IMG/VR virus record: IMGVR_UViG_3300002835_000031
Length of the DNA: 64,000 nucleotides
Origin: an uncultured virus (IMG/VR IMGVR_UViG_3300002835_000031)
Taxonomy: Duplodnaviria > Heunggongvirae > Uroviricota > Caudoviricetes
Reading direction: 5' to 3' (one strand)
Below are positions 36,257 to 45,747 of the stretch, piece after piece. A model generated the notes under the pieces. It ran no database searches, was not told the origin of the DNA, and saw only the letters and a program-made list of their open reading frames with translations. The translations under genes and the position numbers were made by a program. The first letter of the stretch is position 1, and each line of letters starts with the position of its first letter.

Positions 36257-37399
36257 TTAGCTACTGATGGCTAAAGACCATCGTTGACCTGCGGCAACAC
36301 TTGACCAATTAGTCAATGAACCCACTTGAATCGGACTAACTACCGGTGTAGTAGTAGTGCCATCACCTACTTCACCATATGAATTCCTGCCCCAAGACCA
36401 CAAGGTACTGTTAGTTTTAATTGCCAAATTATGATATCTACCCGCGGAAATCTTTAACCAATTGGTTAACGCGCCAATTTGGGTTGGACTAGATCTACGT
36501 TCTTGATCACCTAATCCCAATCTACCGGCGCCAGTGTTACTATTATCACCCCATGACCACATGGTGCCATCTGTTTTAATGGCCACGCAGTGACTACTAC
36601 CTCCAGCAATACTTGCCCAAGTAGTACCTGCACCAACTTGTGTTGGACTAGAATAATCTGTAGTATTGCCTAGTCCCAACATGCCATAAGCATTTCTACC
36701 CCAAGTCCATATGGTACCATCTGTTTTAACTGCAATACCGTGATAAGAACCCCCAGAAACTCTTAACCAATTGGTTAATGCGCCAATTTGTACTGGGCTA
36801 GATACATTTGTAACATTACCTAAGCCTAGTGCACCAAAAGTATCATTTCTACCCCAAGACCATATGGTACCATCTGTTTTAATTGCAGCGGTCCAACTTC
36901 CCGAACCTGCAGAAACACTTGCCCAAGTGGTGCCTGCACCAATTTGTACTGGACTAGATACACTTGTGGTATTGCCTAAACCCAATTGACCATAATTATT
37001 TTTACCCCATGACCACAAGGTGCCATCTGTTTTAACGGCCATGCTGTGATACCTACCTGCACTAACATTTAACCAAGTAGTTAATGCACCAACCTGTACT
37101 GGACTAGATGTATTTGTAGTATTGCCAAGGCCTAATTGACCATCGCCATTGAGACCCCATGCCCACATGGTACCATCTGTTTTAGTCGATAAACTGTGAT
37201 AGCCCGCCGCAATATTTAACCAAGTAGTTAATGCGCCGACTTGTGTTGGACTAGCTACATTTGTAGTATTGCCTAACCCTAATTGACCGGCATTGTTTCT
37301 GCCAAAACTCCATAGGTAATATATTGGTGGAGGAGGAGGTGGAATATGCACCGCATTAAGATTACCGGTTATAGTAAAACCGGAGATGGTCAGGGCCAT
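36257..37399 (-). CDS. RCC1-type beta-propeller protein
   Basis: Seven repeats; MALTISG...PPPPPP leader. Confidence 0.92.
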   Translation of the reverse strand: MALTISGFTITGNLNAVHIPPPPPPIYYLWSFGRNNAGQLGLGNTTNVASPTQVGALTTWLNIAAGYHSLSTKTDGTMWAWGLNGDGQLGLGNTTNTSSPVQVGALTTWLNVSAGRYHSMAVKTDGTLWSWGKNNYGQLGLGNTTSVSSPVQIGAGTTWASVSAGSGSWTAAIKTDGTIWSWGRNDTFGALGLGNVTNVSSPVQIGALTNWLRVSGGSYHGIAVKTDGTIWTWGRNAYGMLGLGNTTDYSSPTQVGAGTTWASIAGGSSHCVAIKTDGTMWSWGDNSNTGAGRLGLGDQERRSSPTQIGALTNWLKISAGRYHNLAIKTNSTLWSWGRNSYGEVGDGTTTTPVVSPIQVGSLTNWSSVAAGQRWSLAISS

Positions 37400-37419
37400 A
37401 TTACACCTCTTCTTTTAAA

Positions 37420-37806
37420 TTAAACTAACGCGTCTAATTCGTCGTGTGTTGTTGCGGCGGTAACTGCTGCAACTTTAGAGTCTGCTGTAGCTTGTGCTGC
37501 AGCAATTGCTTCTGCGGTATGAGTTCCAGGTGTCATCTCATTTTGCATATTCATGCGAGCAACCGCAAAATTAGCATTAGAAATCATGCTGTTTTTACGA
37601 TCTTCAACTGTGATATCTACTGCATCCCAGATGATTTGAACTGGATCTACGTTTAGATCATAGCGGTGAGCCGCAAACTGTTGACGATGTGCAACTAGTT
37701 CAGCACGAACTTCTACTGCATTTCTCCAGCCTTCTTGGCCTTCGGGTGGTGCAGAGTCCCAAACTTGTTTAACTTCGCCGTCTAATACTTGTACAAATAA
37801 TGCCAT
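37420..37806 (-). CDS. small late protein, possible fibre/adhesin chaperone
   Basis: 128-aa ORF, AGGAG SD, own late promoter, first gene of the propeller array. Confidence 0.65.
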   Translation of the reverse strand: MALFVQVLDGEVKQVWDSAPPEGQEGWRNAVEVRAELVAHRQQFAAHRYDLNVDPVQIIWDAVDITVEDRKNSMISNANFAVARMNMQNEMTPGTHTAEAIAAAQATADSKVAAVTAATTHDELDALV

Positions 37807-37840
37807 TTTTAATCTCCTAATGTTAAATGGGTGTCTGTTA

Positions 37841-37848
37841 TATTTATA
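37841..37848 (-). promoter_or_regulatory. T4-type late promoter heading the 27.3-37.8 kb array
   Basis: TATAAATA. Confidence 0.75.
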
Positions 37849-37873
37849 ATATAAGATATTCCAAATTTTCGGT

Positions 37874-38500
37874 TTAACCCGGTTGTAGGAATATAAGGTG
37901 TGTCAATCTACTGTTGTTAACGTCTGTTCCAAAATGTTGGCCCATATGGTGCCATAACCAGGGCCTGAACAGCACTGCCCGATTAAACTTAATGTCTACA
38001 TTCAATTCGGTTTTCCATAAATCAGTATTTATACCCTCAGTTTCAAAGAAATTTCGCATATCTTCAAATGTTTTTACTCCAATTGCGTCACTTTCGGTGT
38101 AATCTTTAGGGGCAATAGTCATACCGGTTCTTTTATGGGAAACAATTTTTGTCCCGGCATCTCTACCTTCATAATGCTCGGGCAGACTTAAATAAACTAC
38201 TCCTGCCCATGTTTGCCCGGGGGTTGGATCAAAATGCACAATTTGTTTTGCAATGTCTTTTTCTCTAGTATGTCTGAAATATCCGTTGGCTGAAGGCTTT
38301 GCAGGCTTTACGGTTTCGCCAGTTGCTTTACATAACATTTTTGTAATGGTTGTATCCCAATACGATCTCGTGGTGTTTAGCCCTGGATAGTTGGGTGTCA
38401 GGCCTTCTGGCTCATACTCCGCGTTCAATGCCATATCCCGCATCATATAAGGATCGGAATAAAAATCATCTATAACTATTACTTTTTTATCAAATTCCAT
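37874..38500 (-). CDS. 2OG-Fe(II) oxygenase (DUF6445-like)
   Basis: VIVIDDFYSDP, YPG, HFD (HxD), WAGVVYL, FNRAVLF...WHH, SRL; probable start MEFDK at 38500. Confidence 0.8.
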   Translation of the reverse strand: MEFDKKVIVIDDFYSDPYMMRDMALNAEYEPEGLTPNYPGLNTTRSYWDTTITKMLCKATGETVKPAKPSANGYFRHTREKDIAKQIVHFDPTPGQTWAGVVYLSLPEHYEGRDAGTKIVSHKRTGMTIAPKDYTESDAIGVKTFEDMRNFFETEGINTDLWKTELNVDIKFNRAVLFRPWLWHHMGQHFGTDVNNSRLTHLIFLQPG

Positions 38501-39272
38501 TTTTAATATCAAACTGTGAAAAATATTTACATAAACTCTCACCAAGTACTTCTTGTGCAGAATCACTGGTCTTTTCTAATTTACCTCTGATTGTATGCAG
38601 ATCTTTCAATCCCCATGCAGTATCTTTGGCTTCACCGCAAGTATTTGTGATACTATCGAACTTGTGGTCATATCTATTTATTTCCAAGAAATCGTATATC
38701 TTATTAATTGTGTCTTGAGGTGTTTGTACTAGATCATCATACTGCACAAAATATAAATTTTCTTTATAATTTTTCATGCCTATCTGTAAACTTTCCCACG
38801 GATCTCTAATATAGGATTCCCACAGTTCCATTGCTCTTGTGTTTGTATTTATCGGCTTGCGCTTTTTTTTCAATGCTGCATCAATAAAATTGTTTGGATC
38901 TTTATTAAGTAGCTTGATGAAACTTGTGACAACTTCCGCAACCGGTCTGTTGGTACAAATGACCTTGGGGTTTTCAGAAATGTGTAGCTTTGCTGGCATA
39001 ACATTCCTTGCCCAAGCTCTGTGCTTGTCTATAATATGAGGCTTCTTTATGCTCTCATAATATGCTTTGGGTAACGCAGTGTATATGGATGCAGATTGAT
39101 TTTCAACATCAAAGGTATATTGCTGAGTAACTCTATTGAGTGCCTCATTTTGCAGGCATAACAAATCCAATAAAGGACTTGTGGGGGAAACATATACCTC
39201 TGGATTTTGATTTAAAATTGATCCAAGCAATGTTGAACCTGATCTAGGTAAGCCGCTTAAAAAGTATATCAT
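38490..39272 (-). CDS. sulfotransferase
   Basis: PAPS-binding FLSGLPRSGSTLL..ILNQNP; IDKHRAW; R....V..SF; YDDLV..P. Confidence 0.9.
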   Translation of the reverse strand: MIYFLSGLPRSGSTLLGSILNQNPEVYVSPTSPLLDLLCLQNEALNRVTQQYTFDVENQSASIYTALPKAYYESIKKPHIIDKHRAWARNVMPAKLHISENPKVICTNRPVAEVVTSFIKLLNKDPNNFIDAALKKKRKPINTNTRAMELWESYIRDPWESLQIGMKNYKENLYFVQYDDLVQTPQDTINKIYDFLEINRYDHKFDSITNTCGEAKDTAWGLKDLHTIRGKLEKTSDSAQEVLGESLCKYFSQFDIKNGI

Positions 39273-41026
39273 TGTATATTCATTCCCAAAAGTTTTTCTC
39301 TAACTTTCACAAAAGGTGCTTCCCAATCTCCGTATTTTTCTTGGCGCATCAAGGTAAAGCAATCATAATAGGGAGTACGATCTCCATCTAATGCATATAA
39401 GAAGTATGGCATAATTGGAGTAACAACCCAGGTATCAACACCCATAGCACCAGCAAGGTGACTGACAGATGTGCATGAACTAATTACCAGATCACATTCG
39501 GCAACTGCTTTACGAGTATCTTCCCATGTATTTAATGGAACTTTTCTAACCCAGAATGGACATTCATCTTCGCCCTCATCTCTTTGCAAGCTAATAAACT
39601 CTGCATTGATACCTCGAAGTGCCTCAAACATTAATTCTGATGGGAACTTCTTATGATGCTCATGCTCAAATTGTGGGTTGCCTTGCCATCTCAATCCAAT
39701 ACGCATCTTTTTGCCTTTGATTGAGAATGGCTTTCTAATGTAAGGTGCGCCGGATATGTCGTCAAGTTCTAATCCCAACGGAACAGCTGCAGACATACCT
39801 GCTACCCAGAAATCATGATATACTCCATAGATTGATTCGTGTTGCACAACTGCGGATACACCCTCAACATCTATAAACAAAGATGCCAACATACCAGTAC
39901 AACATACCATGACTTTACATCCTCGATCTGCAATAACTTTTGCATAACGAACTTGGTGTATTTGATCTCCCAATCCACCTTCAAGGTATAGCATTACGAT
40001 ACCTTTTGTTTTTCCATCCCACATAGGCATAGGTGTATCTGGTCTACTGTTTCCAAACACACCAACAATCCGACCACGATCCATTAGGCTATAACCTTTT
40101 TGGATTTCACCTTGACGCAAATAATACCAACCTCTGTTATAAGCTGCTCTATGGTTAAGTGGTTCAGCTGCTTCTATTTTTTGAGAAAGTCTCCAACCTT
40201 CATCGAAGTCTCCTCGGGTACTTGCTTCGAGTTGAAAATCAAGATCGTGTTTTTCTTGTACTGTTCTTGGAGTTTTTAACCAGAACTCACCCTGACAGAA
40301 TGTGGGATAATGATGCTTTAATAATTCTCTCGGGTCTTGATTATGCTGACGCTGTAGTACAGGTTTAATATCATGCATACCTGCATACCCGTGAATGTTC
40401 TCATCGTCTTCTGATACTGTAGAACCATCAATATTCCCAAAGTCATAATTAAAATCTGGTAGACCCAAGAACTCATGAATACGTTTTAGTTCTTTCTTGG
40501 GATCTTTAACTAAATCCTCATACTCAACAAACAGGAAATTTTCTGGGGCAAATTTATACCCTTCTTGCAATGAGATATAAGCTGCCTTCAAGTGATCCAT
40601 TAACTGACCTGAATAGATAAGTTGATCTAAGTCTGTGGGTTTTGCCACACGAACAAAAGATGCAGCACAATCGGGCACGGAACGAACCGTTGCAATAACT
40701 TTAGGTCTTCTTTCAAGAACCGCAGACATGGCTGCCATAATTTGTGGAATAGGCCATCCGCGAGATTTATCTATAACAACGGGCTTGTCTACATCTGAGT
40801 AAAACGCATCAATAGTCCCTCGCATTGTTGCCGCCAATTTAGAACGATCCGCATCGTTCTCATTTAATAACCCAGCACTATGCCAAGTATTTGCCAAGCC
40901 ATCTAAGGCATGGACCAACCCAGATGTTGTACTAACATGGGTCATTGGATTTTGATTTAAAATGGCTGCCAGAACTGTAGAACCAGAGCGGGGAATGCCT
41001 GCAAGAAAATGTAGTTGTTTATTCAT
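39269..41026 (-). CDS. sulfotransferase + TPR + GT9-like (GT-B) glycosyltransferase fusion
   Basis: FLAGIPRSGSTVL; AAYNRGW helix; EGGLGDQI, IGLRWQGNP, ISLQ, DLVISSCTSVSHLAGAMG. Confidence 0.85.
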   Translation of the reverse strand: MNKQLHFLAGIPRSGSTVLAAILNQNPMTHVSTTSGLVHALDGLANTWHSAGLLNENDADRSKLAATMRGTIDAFYSDVDKPVVIDKSRGWPIPQIMAAMSAVLERRPKVIATVRSVPDCAASFVRVAKPTDLDQLIYSGQLMDHLKAAYISLQEGYKFAPENFLFVEYEDLVKDPKKELKRIHEFLGLPDFNYDFGNIDGSTVSEDDENIHGYAGMHDIKPVLQRQHNQDPRELLKHHYPTFCQGEFWLKTPRTVQEKHDLDFQLEASTRGDFDEGWRLSQKIEAAEPLNHRAAYNRGWYYLRQGEIQKGYSLMDRGRIVGVFGNSRPDTPMPMWDGKTKGIVMLYLEGGLGDQIHQVRYAKVIADRGCKVMVCCTGMLASLFIDVEGVSAVVQHESIYGVYHDFWVAGMSAAVPLGLELDDISGAPYIRKPFSIKGKKMRIGLRWQGNPQFEHEHHKKFPSELMFEALRGINAEFISLQRDEGEDECPFWVRKVPLNTWEDTRKAVAECDLVISSCTSVSHLAGAMGVDTWVVTPIMPYFLYALDGDRTPYYDCFTLMRQEKYGDWEAPFVKVREKLLGMNIQ

Positions 41027-41083
41027 AAAATCACCTAATTATTGTGGTATATACTAATATTTTATCGGATTTAAGATATTTTG

Positions 41084-41860
41084 TCAATACTTATCCCACC
41101 ATTCTCTCCAATTTATAAATGGATCCTTTTCGGTATCGAATTGCATATGTAGTGCAAGACTTGGAATCGGTATAAGCAAAAAATATCCGCGTGTTTTAAA
41201 CAACTGATTAATGGATTCATCTTCCATTGTTGGGGATACTTTACTTGTTCCCATTTTATAAAACAAATCCCATTCGTTTTTTATAATGCTAATGTGCGTC
41301 ATAAAACAACTTGAAGTCAAGATGTTTGTTCTCCAATGTCTACCTGAAGATTGTACTACGTATGAGGGAATTTGTGTATTTACCGGAATGTAATGATAGG
41401 GATCATTGAATGGGAAAATACTAACAGGTTTATTTAATCTGGTGCTGGCATCTACCCAGGTGTTGACCATATCACGAATTGCGTTTATTTCATATAGGTA
41501 ATCATCTTGAACAAAGTATACTAGGTCTTTACCAAATTGTTTGCCGTGTTCGTAACATCTAAGAATTGAGGGCATAATGCCTCTTGTTTCCAATTGCGTA
41601 ATGTTATATGGTACATTGCATTTAGATGCAATACTTATTAGTTTATCGAATGAAGCCTCATCCGAATGATCGTCAAATACTTGCAGGGAAATATCAACGT
41701 GCGGTAATAGATCAGATGCATAGTTAATCGATTCAACAAGACTTGTAACGCATCTGCGCATAATTTCAGCTTTGTCTGTACCGCAGTATCTTTGTTTTGT
41801 AGTATCTCTGCTTTTTACGGAATGTGTCTGCAATACTACTAATAGATTCAATTTATTCAT
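41084..41860 (-). CDS. GT2-like (GT-A) glycosyltransferase
   Basis: FDDHS, VYFVQDDYL (DxD-like), IPSLALH. Confidence 0.75.
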   Translation of the reverse strand: MNKLNLLVVLQTHSVKSRDTTKQRYCGTDKAEIMRRCVTSLVESINYASDLLPHVDISLQVFDDHSDEASFDKLISIASKCNVPYNITQLETRGIMPSILRCYEHGKQFGKDLVYFVQDDYLYEINAIRDMVNTWVDASTRLNKPVSIFPFNDPYHYIPVNTQIPSYVVQSSGRHWRTNILTSSCFMTHISIIKNEWDLFYKMGTSKVSPTMEDESINQLFKTRGYFLLIPIPSLALHMQFDTEKDPFINWREWWDKY

Positions 41861-42402
41861 TCTTTAATTACCTTCAATTTAATATTAACTTCCATGATAA
41901 TGTTATTGTGTTCTTGCACATATCTTTCAACTTCTTCTTCGGGTCTGCCGTTGAATATTTTATAATATCTTTGATCAGGAATATTTTCCACTTCTGCAAG
42001 CTCAAAGTCTACATTGTAATAATGCGCCAATCTAGAAGCAGATTCTCCTCGTTGTTTGCATAGATCATTGTATTTTTTACTAAAAAGCCCTAATCCTTCA
42101 GCAGTTATTGGTCTACGATGTGTTGGATCATTTGCAAAATATTCATGTCTATGATGTGGTACTACAATATCAATTATAGCATCATGCTTACAAACACGAT
42201 ATAGTTCTTTGATTGCGTGAAAATACCCTTCGCCCATGTGCTCTAACACATGATGCGCAATTACTTCTTCTACGGAGTTATCTTCAAACGGCCATGTGTC
42301 GTTTTCGAGATCAAATTTAAAATCAGGATTACAATTATCATCGTAATCACAATTTAAAAATCCATCATATTGTTTATCACCTGCTCCAATATTTAATTTC
42401 AT
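41857..42402 (-). CDS. class I SAM-dependent methyltransferase
   Basis: KLNIGAG, WPFEDNSV, HVLEH, ELYRVCK, DPTH. Confidence 0.88.
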   Translation of the reverse strand: MKLNIGAGDKQYDGFLNCDYDDNCNPDFKFDLENDTWPFEDNSVEEVIAHHVLEHMGEGYFHAIKELYRVCKHDAIIDIVVPHHRHEYFANDPTHRRPITAEGLGLFSKKYNDLCKQRGESASRLAHYYNVDFELAEVENIPDQRYYKIFNGRPEEEVERYVQEHNNIIMEVNIKLKVIKE

Positions 42403-42417
42403 AATATTTCCAATAAT

Positions 42418-42909
42418 TTACTTTTCTATTAATCTAAAAATTTGCACAATTCCACTATCAAATGAATGGAATAACCAAGGCCTGAAAAATACAGCTTGCC
42501 CCGGTTTCAACTGATGGTTAACCATTAGATCCCATTCAAATAAATTTCTATAATTGTGTTGGTATCCGTCTAATGCAGTTAATGCGCCGGATTTGTGTTC
42601 AAAGATGTTAAATGTAGATTGATCTATTGCGACTACAAGTAACCATTCCTTTAAAGAATCAAATCCTTCGAAGTGTATCAGTAATTCGGGGAATCGAAAC
42701 ACGCCCGACTTTTCTCTATCAACTGTAACATCTTTACCAAGTACGGTTGAGAATAGTTTATCTGCGTCTGCAGGGATGTGATTGAAATTTAATATTTCTT
42801 TACCAAACTCAGTTGATTGAAAGTTTAAACCTCTAACCACATTATGTAAATTGGTTGCGCTTTCTACATTATAAAATTCATCAACCGTCATTGTTTTAAT
42901 TAATGCCAT
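42418..42909 (-). CDS. 2OG-Fe(II) oxygenase-like protein (short paralog of 37874..38500)
   Basis: VDEFY, IHFE (HxE), FEHKSG, VFFRPWLFH; GATAAATA at 42944-42951. Confidence 0.7.
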   Translation of the reverse strand: MALIKTMTVDEFYNVESATNLHNVVRGLNFQSTEFGKEILNFNHIPADADKLFSTVLGKDVTVDREKSGVFRFPELLIHFEGFDSLKEWLLVVAIDQSTFNIFEHKSGALTALDGYQHNYRNLFEWDLMVNHQLKPGQAVFFRPWLFHSFDSGIVQIFRLIEK

Positions 42910-42949
42910 ACTAAAATATTCCCGTTATAATTTAATTATATATTATTTA

Positions 42950-44143
42950 TCATCCTAATCCTATACTATGGCTGTATCCAGTAGCTACAGTAAGCCAATT
43001 TGTTAAGGATCCGACCTGGTTTGGCTCACTTCTACCAAAAGTATCTCCAAGACCAAGTTTACCGTTAAAGTTATCTCCCCAAGACCACAATGTACCGTCG
43101 GTTTTAGTTATTATGCACTGAGTGTTCAAAGCTCCAGTCCCAGCATTTGACCAAGTTGTTAATGCACCAACTTGTTTTGGACTAGAATAACTTGTGGTAT
43201 TACCTAAACCCAATTGTCCAGATGATCCTCTACCCCATGTCCACAATGTACCATCAGTTTTAATTGCCGCGCAGCTATTATACATCGCACGAATTTTTGA
43301 CCAATTTGTTAATGCCCCAATTTGTACTGGGCTTGAAAAGTATGTAATATTACTTAGACCTAATTGACCATAACCATTATTTCCCCAGCTCCACATAGTA
43401 CCATCAGTTTTAATAGCAATCGAAAAATTGGATTGTCCCCCGCAACTACCACGTGCCCAAGTTGTTAATGCACCAATCTGTACTGGACTAGATCTATGCG
43501 CAGTATCGCCTAGTCCTAATTTGCCATGATGGTTCGCGCCCCATGACCACATAGTACCATCTGTTTTAATGGCTATGGAGTGATCAACACCGGAGGAAAC
43601 ACTTGACCAATTTGTTAATGCCCCAATTTGTACTGGACTAGATATATTTGTAGTATTACCTAAACCAAGCTGACCTAAGTTATTTTTACCCCACGACCAA
43701 ATAGTACCATCTGTTTTGATGGCCATGCTGCAACCGAAGCCTGAACTAACACGAGACCAAGTGGTTAATGCACCAATCTGCACTGGACTAGATCTATTTG
43801 TAGTATCACCTAAGCCCAATACGCCTTGATAATTTTCACCCCATGCCCATAAGGTGCCGTCGGTTTTAATTGCTTGACTATTTGAGTATCCTGCACCTAC
43901 AACAGACCAATTCAAAGACCCAACTTGTTTTGGACTTGAATAATTTGTCGTATTGCCTATACCTATTTGACCACTGCTACCGCTCCCCCATGAATATATT
44001 TTATATACTACCGGAGGCGCAGGCCAAATGCCTGCTCGTTTTGCCTGCATTTGATCTGCAGGATTAAAAATTCCAGAAGCAGATGAAGTATTAACTACTG
44101 TGGGTGTTGCAGATATTAATCCGCCGTAATACTTTTTAACCAT
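42950..44143 (-). CDS. RCC1-type beta-propeller protein with YYGGLIS...SGIF...WP leader
   Basis: Seven repeats; distinct 45-aa N-terminus. Confidence 0.92.
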   Translation of the reverse strand: MVKKYYGGLISATPTVVNTSSASGIFNPADQMQAKRAGIWPAPPVVYKIYSWGSGSSGQIGIGNTTNYSSPKQVGSLNWSVVGAGYSNSQAIKTDGTLWAWGENYQGVLGLGDTTNRSSPVQIGALTTWSRVSSGFGCSMAIKTDGTIWSWGKNNLGQLGLGNTTNISSPVQIGALTNWSSVSSGVDHSIAIKTDGTMWSWGANHHGKLGLGDTAHRSSPVQIGALTTWARGSCGGQSNFSIAIKTDGTMWSWGNNGYGQLGLSNITYFSSPVQIGALTNWSKIRAMYNSCAAIKTDGTLWTWGRGSSGQLGLGNTTSYSSPKQVGALTTWSNAGTGALNTQCIITKTDGTLWSWGDNFNGKLGLGDTFGRSEPNQVGSLTNWLTVATGYSHSIGLG

Positions 44144-44161
44144 ATTAATTTATATTGTTAT

Positions 44162-45373
44162 TTATTGCTTAGTAGCCAACACGAATCGATGGGAATTTCC
44201 TGCAACAACATCTATCCAGGTAGTCAACGATCCAACTTGATTTGGACTAGTATTATTAAAAATATAGCCTTGTGCCAGGACTCCACCCTGATCACTTCCC
44301 CATGCCCATAATGTACCATTTGTTTTAATTGCGGTGGTGAAATAATTACCTGCAGAAACTTTTAACCAATTAGTTAAAGCTCCAACTTGGTTCCAAACGT
44401 ATGTACTCGAAGTTCCGTTATTTCCCAGTTCTCCATATGAATTCTGGCCAATAGTCCATAATGTACCATCAGTTTTAGTTGCTGCATTGTGGTTGCGGTT
44501 AGCAGCAACCGACGCCCAATTTGTGCCTGAGCCAACTTGTGTTGGCTCAGATCTTTTTACAGTATCCCCAAATCCTAATCTGCCCTGAAAACCACTTCCA
44601 TTAGTCCCCCAGGCATACAACGTACCATCTGTTTTAATTGCAAAACTTGTATTATAACCTGCAGAAATCTTTAGCCAAGTGGTTAGAGCACCAATCTGTT
44701 TTGGACTCGAATATGCTGTAGTATTACCTAAACCCAATTGACCGTCATTAGCAGATCCCCAACTCCACAATGTACCATCGGTTTTAACTGCCAAACAATG
44801 AAATTGAACAACTGAAGTAGTTTTCCAATTGGTTAAAGCGCCAATTTGTTTAGGAGAAGAATAATAAGTACTATTACCTAGACCCAGTACTCCGGCGTTA
44901 TTAGCACCACAACTCCACATCGTGCCATCGGTTTTAACTGCAATAAAGCATTGTAAACCTGCGCTAACACTTTCCCAATTAGCTAATGCACCTACTTGCG
45001 TTGGACTAGAAACTGGTGTGGTATTACCAAGACCCAAACGACCATACCCATTTCTTCCCCAGGCCCAAAATGTTCCGTCAGTTTTAATAGAATATCCTGA
45101 GTGTCCTCCGGCTGCTATAGTTTTCCAATTGGTTAAAGATCCAACTTGTTTAGGTGAGGAATAAAGGTTAGTATTACCTAAGCCAAGGTTACCATATGAA
45201 TTTTGCCCCCAAGACCAAAGATTGTATGGGATAGGAGGTGCTGCAGGCGTAGGCCAATTGCCTGCTCGTTTTGCCTGCATTTGTTGAGTAGGATTGAATA
45301 TTCCAGAAGCGGATGAAGTATTAACTACCGTTTTGGTGGCAGATATTAGTCCTCCATAATACCTTCTTTTCAT
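44162..45373 (-). CDS. RCC1-type beta-propeller protein with YYGGLIS...SGIF...WP leader
   Basis: Seven repeats; N-terminus nearly identical to 42950..44143. Confidence 0.92.
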   Translation of the reverse strand: MKRRYYGGLISATKTVVNTSSASGIFNPTQQMQAKRAGNWPTPAAPPIPYNLWSWGQNSYGNLGLGNTNLYSSPKQVGSLTNWKTIAAGGHSGYSIKTDGTFWAWGRNGYGRLGLGNTTPVSSPTQVGALANWESVSAGLQCFIAVKTDGTMWSCGANNAGVLGLGNSTYYSSPKQIGALTNWKTTSVVQFHCLAVKTDGTLWSWGSANDGQLGLGNTTAYSSPKQIGALTTWLKISAGYNTSFAIKTDGTLYAWGTNGSGFQGRLGFGDTVKRSEPTQVGSGTNWASVAANRNHNAATKTDGTLWTIGQNSYGELGNNGTSSTYVWNQVGALTNWLKVSAGNYFTTAIKTNGTLWAWGSDQGGVLAQGYIFNNTSPNQVGSLTTWIDVVAGNSHRFVLATKQ

Positions 45374-45374
45374 A

Positions 45375-45746
45375 TTAGCTTATATCCTCATAACTGCAAG
45401 TTACGTGAAGAACATTTCCAGTATCTGCAGTTGCCCCTAAACTTGTATTTTCTTCCAAGTAATATTGACTGCTTTTATCTATAACATTTAATGTACTGTT
45501 TCCAGGAACCGTTGTCCGGCCAACAATATTAAATGCATTGCCACTCAAGCTAGCTGCAGAATAATAACTTATTGTTACATTTGCAGACGTTGAAGTGTAA
45601 TTTGAAACGTTCAATACATTTATCTTTAAACATTTGCCAGAACTAGCGGCATTGTTTAGTATAGAAGTTGCAGTTATAGTTGTTAAGTTTGCTCCCGCTG
45701 TTTTACCATTGATTATTGTTGCGCCGATTATGTTTGGTGCTGCCAT
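45375..45746 (-). CDS. small beta-rich fibre-associated adaptor-like protein (MAAPNI type)
   Basis: 123 aa; directly follows the 1787-aa fibre. Confidence 0.7.
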   Translation of the reverse strand: MAAPNIIGATIINGKTAGANLTTITATSILNNAASSGKCLKINVLNVSNYTSTSANVTISYYSAASLSGNAFNIVGRTTVPGNSTLNVIDKSSQYYLEENTSLGATADTGNVLHVTCSYEDIS

Positions 45747-45747
45747 G

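Larger units (their letters stand above)
27309..37399 (-). repeat. array of ~150-bp coding repeats (RCC1 blades) across 8 propeller genes
   Basis: Recurrent DNA such as ggtaccatctgttttaatggcc and tgtactggactagatcta at ~150-bp spacing. Confidence 0.9.

Noticed and set aside
27309..37399. CRISPR array or shufflon
   Set aside because: Repeats are in-frame coding blades on one strand; no constant repeat/unique spacer pattern, cas genes, invertase or inverted cassettes.
37874..42909. DNA hypermodification cluster
   Set aside because: Considered less likely: late-type promoter, position among structural genes and no adjacent hydroxymethylase, nucleotide kinase or DNA methylase. Not excluded.
27309..45373. 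Diversity-generating retroelement behind propeller variation
   Set aside because: No reverse transcriptase and no non-coding template repeat seen in the window; variation includes indels and does not look adenine-restricted. An RT elsewhere in the genome cannot be excluded.
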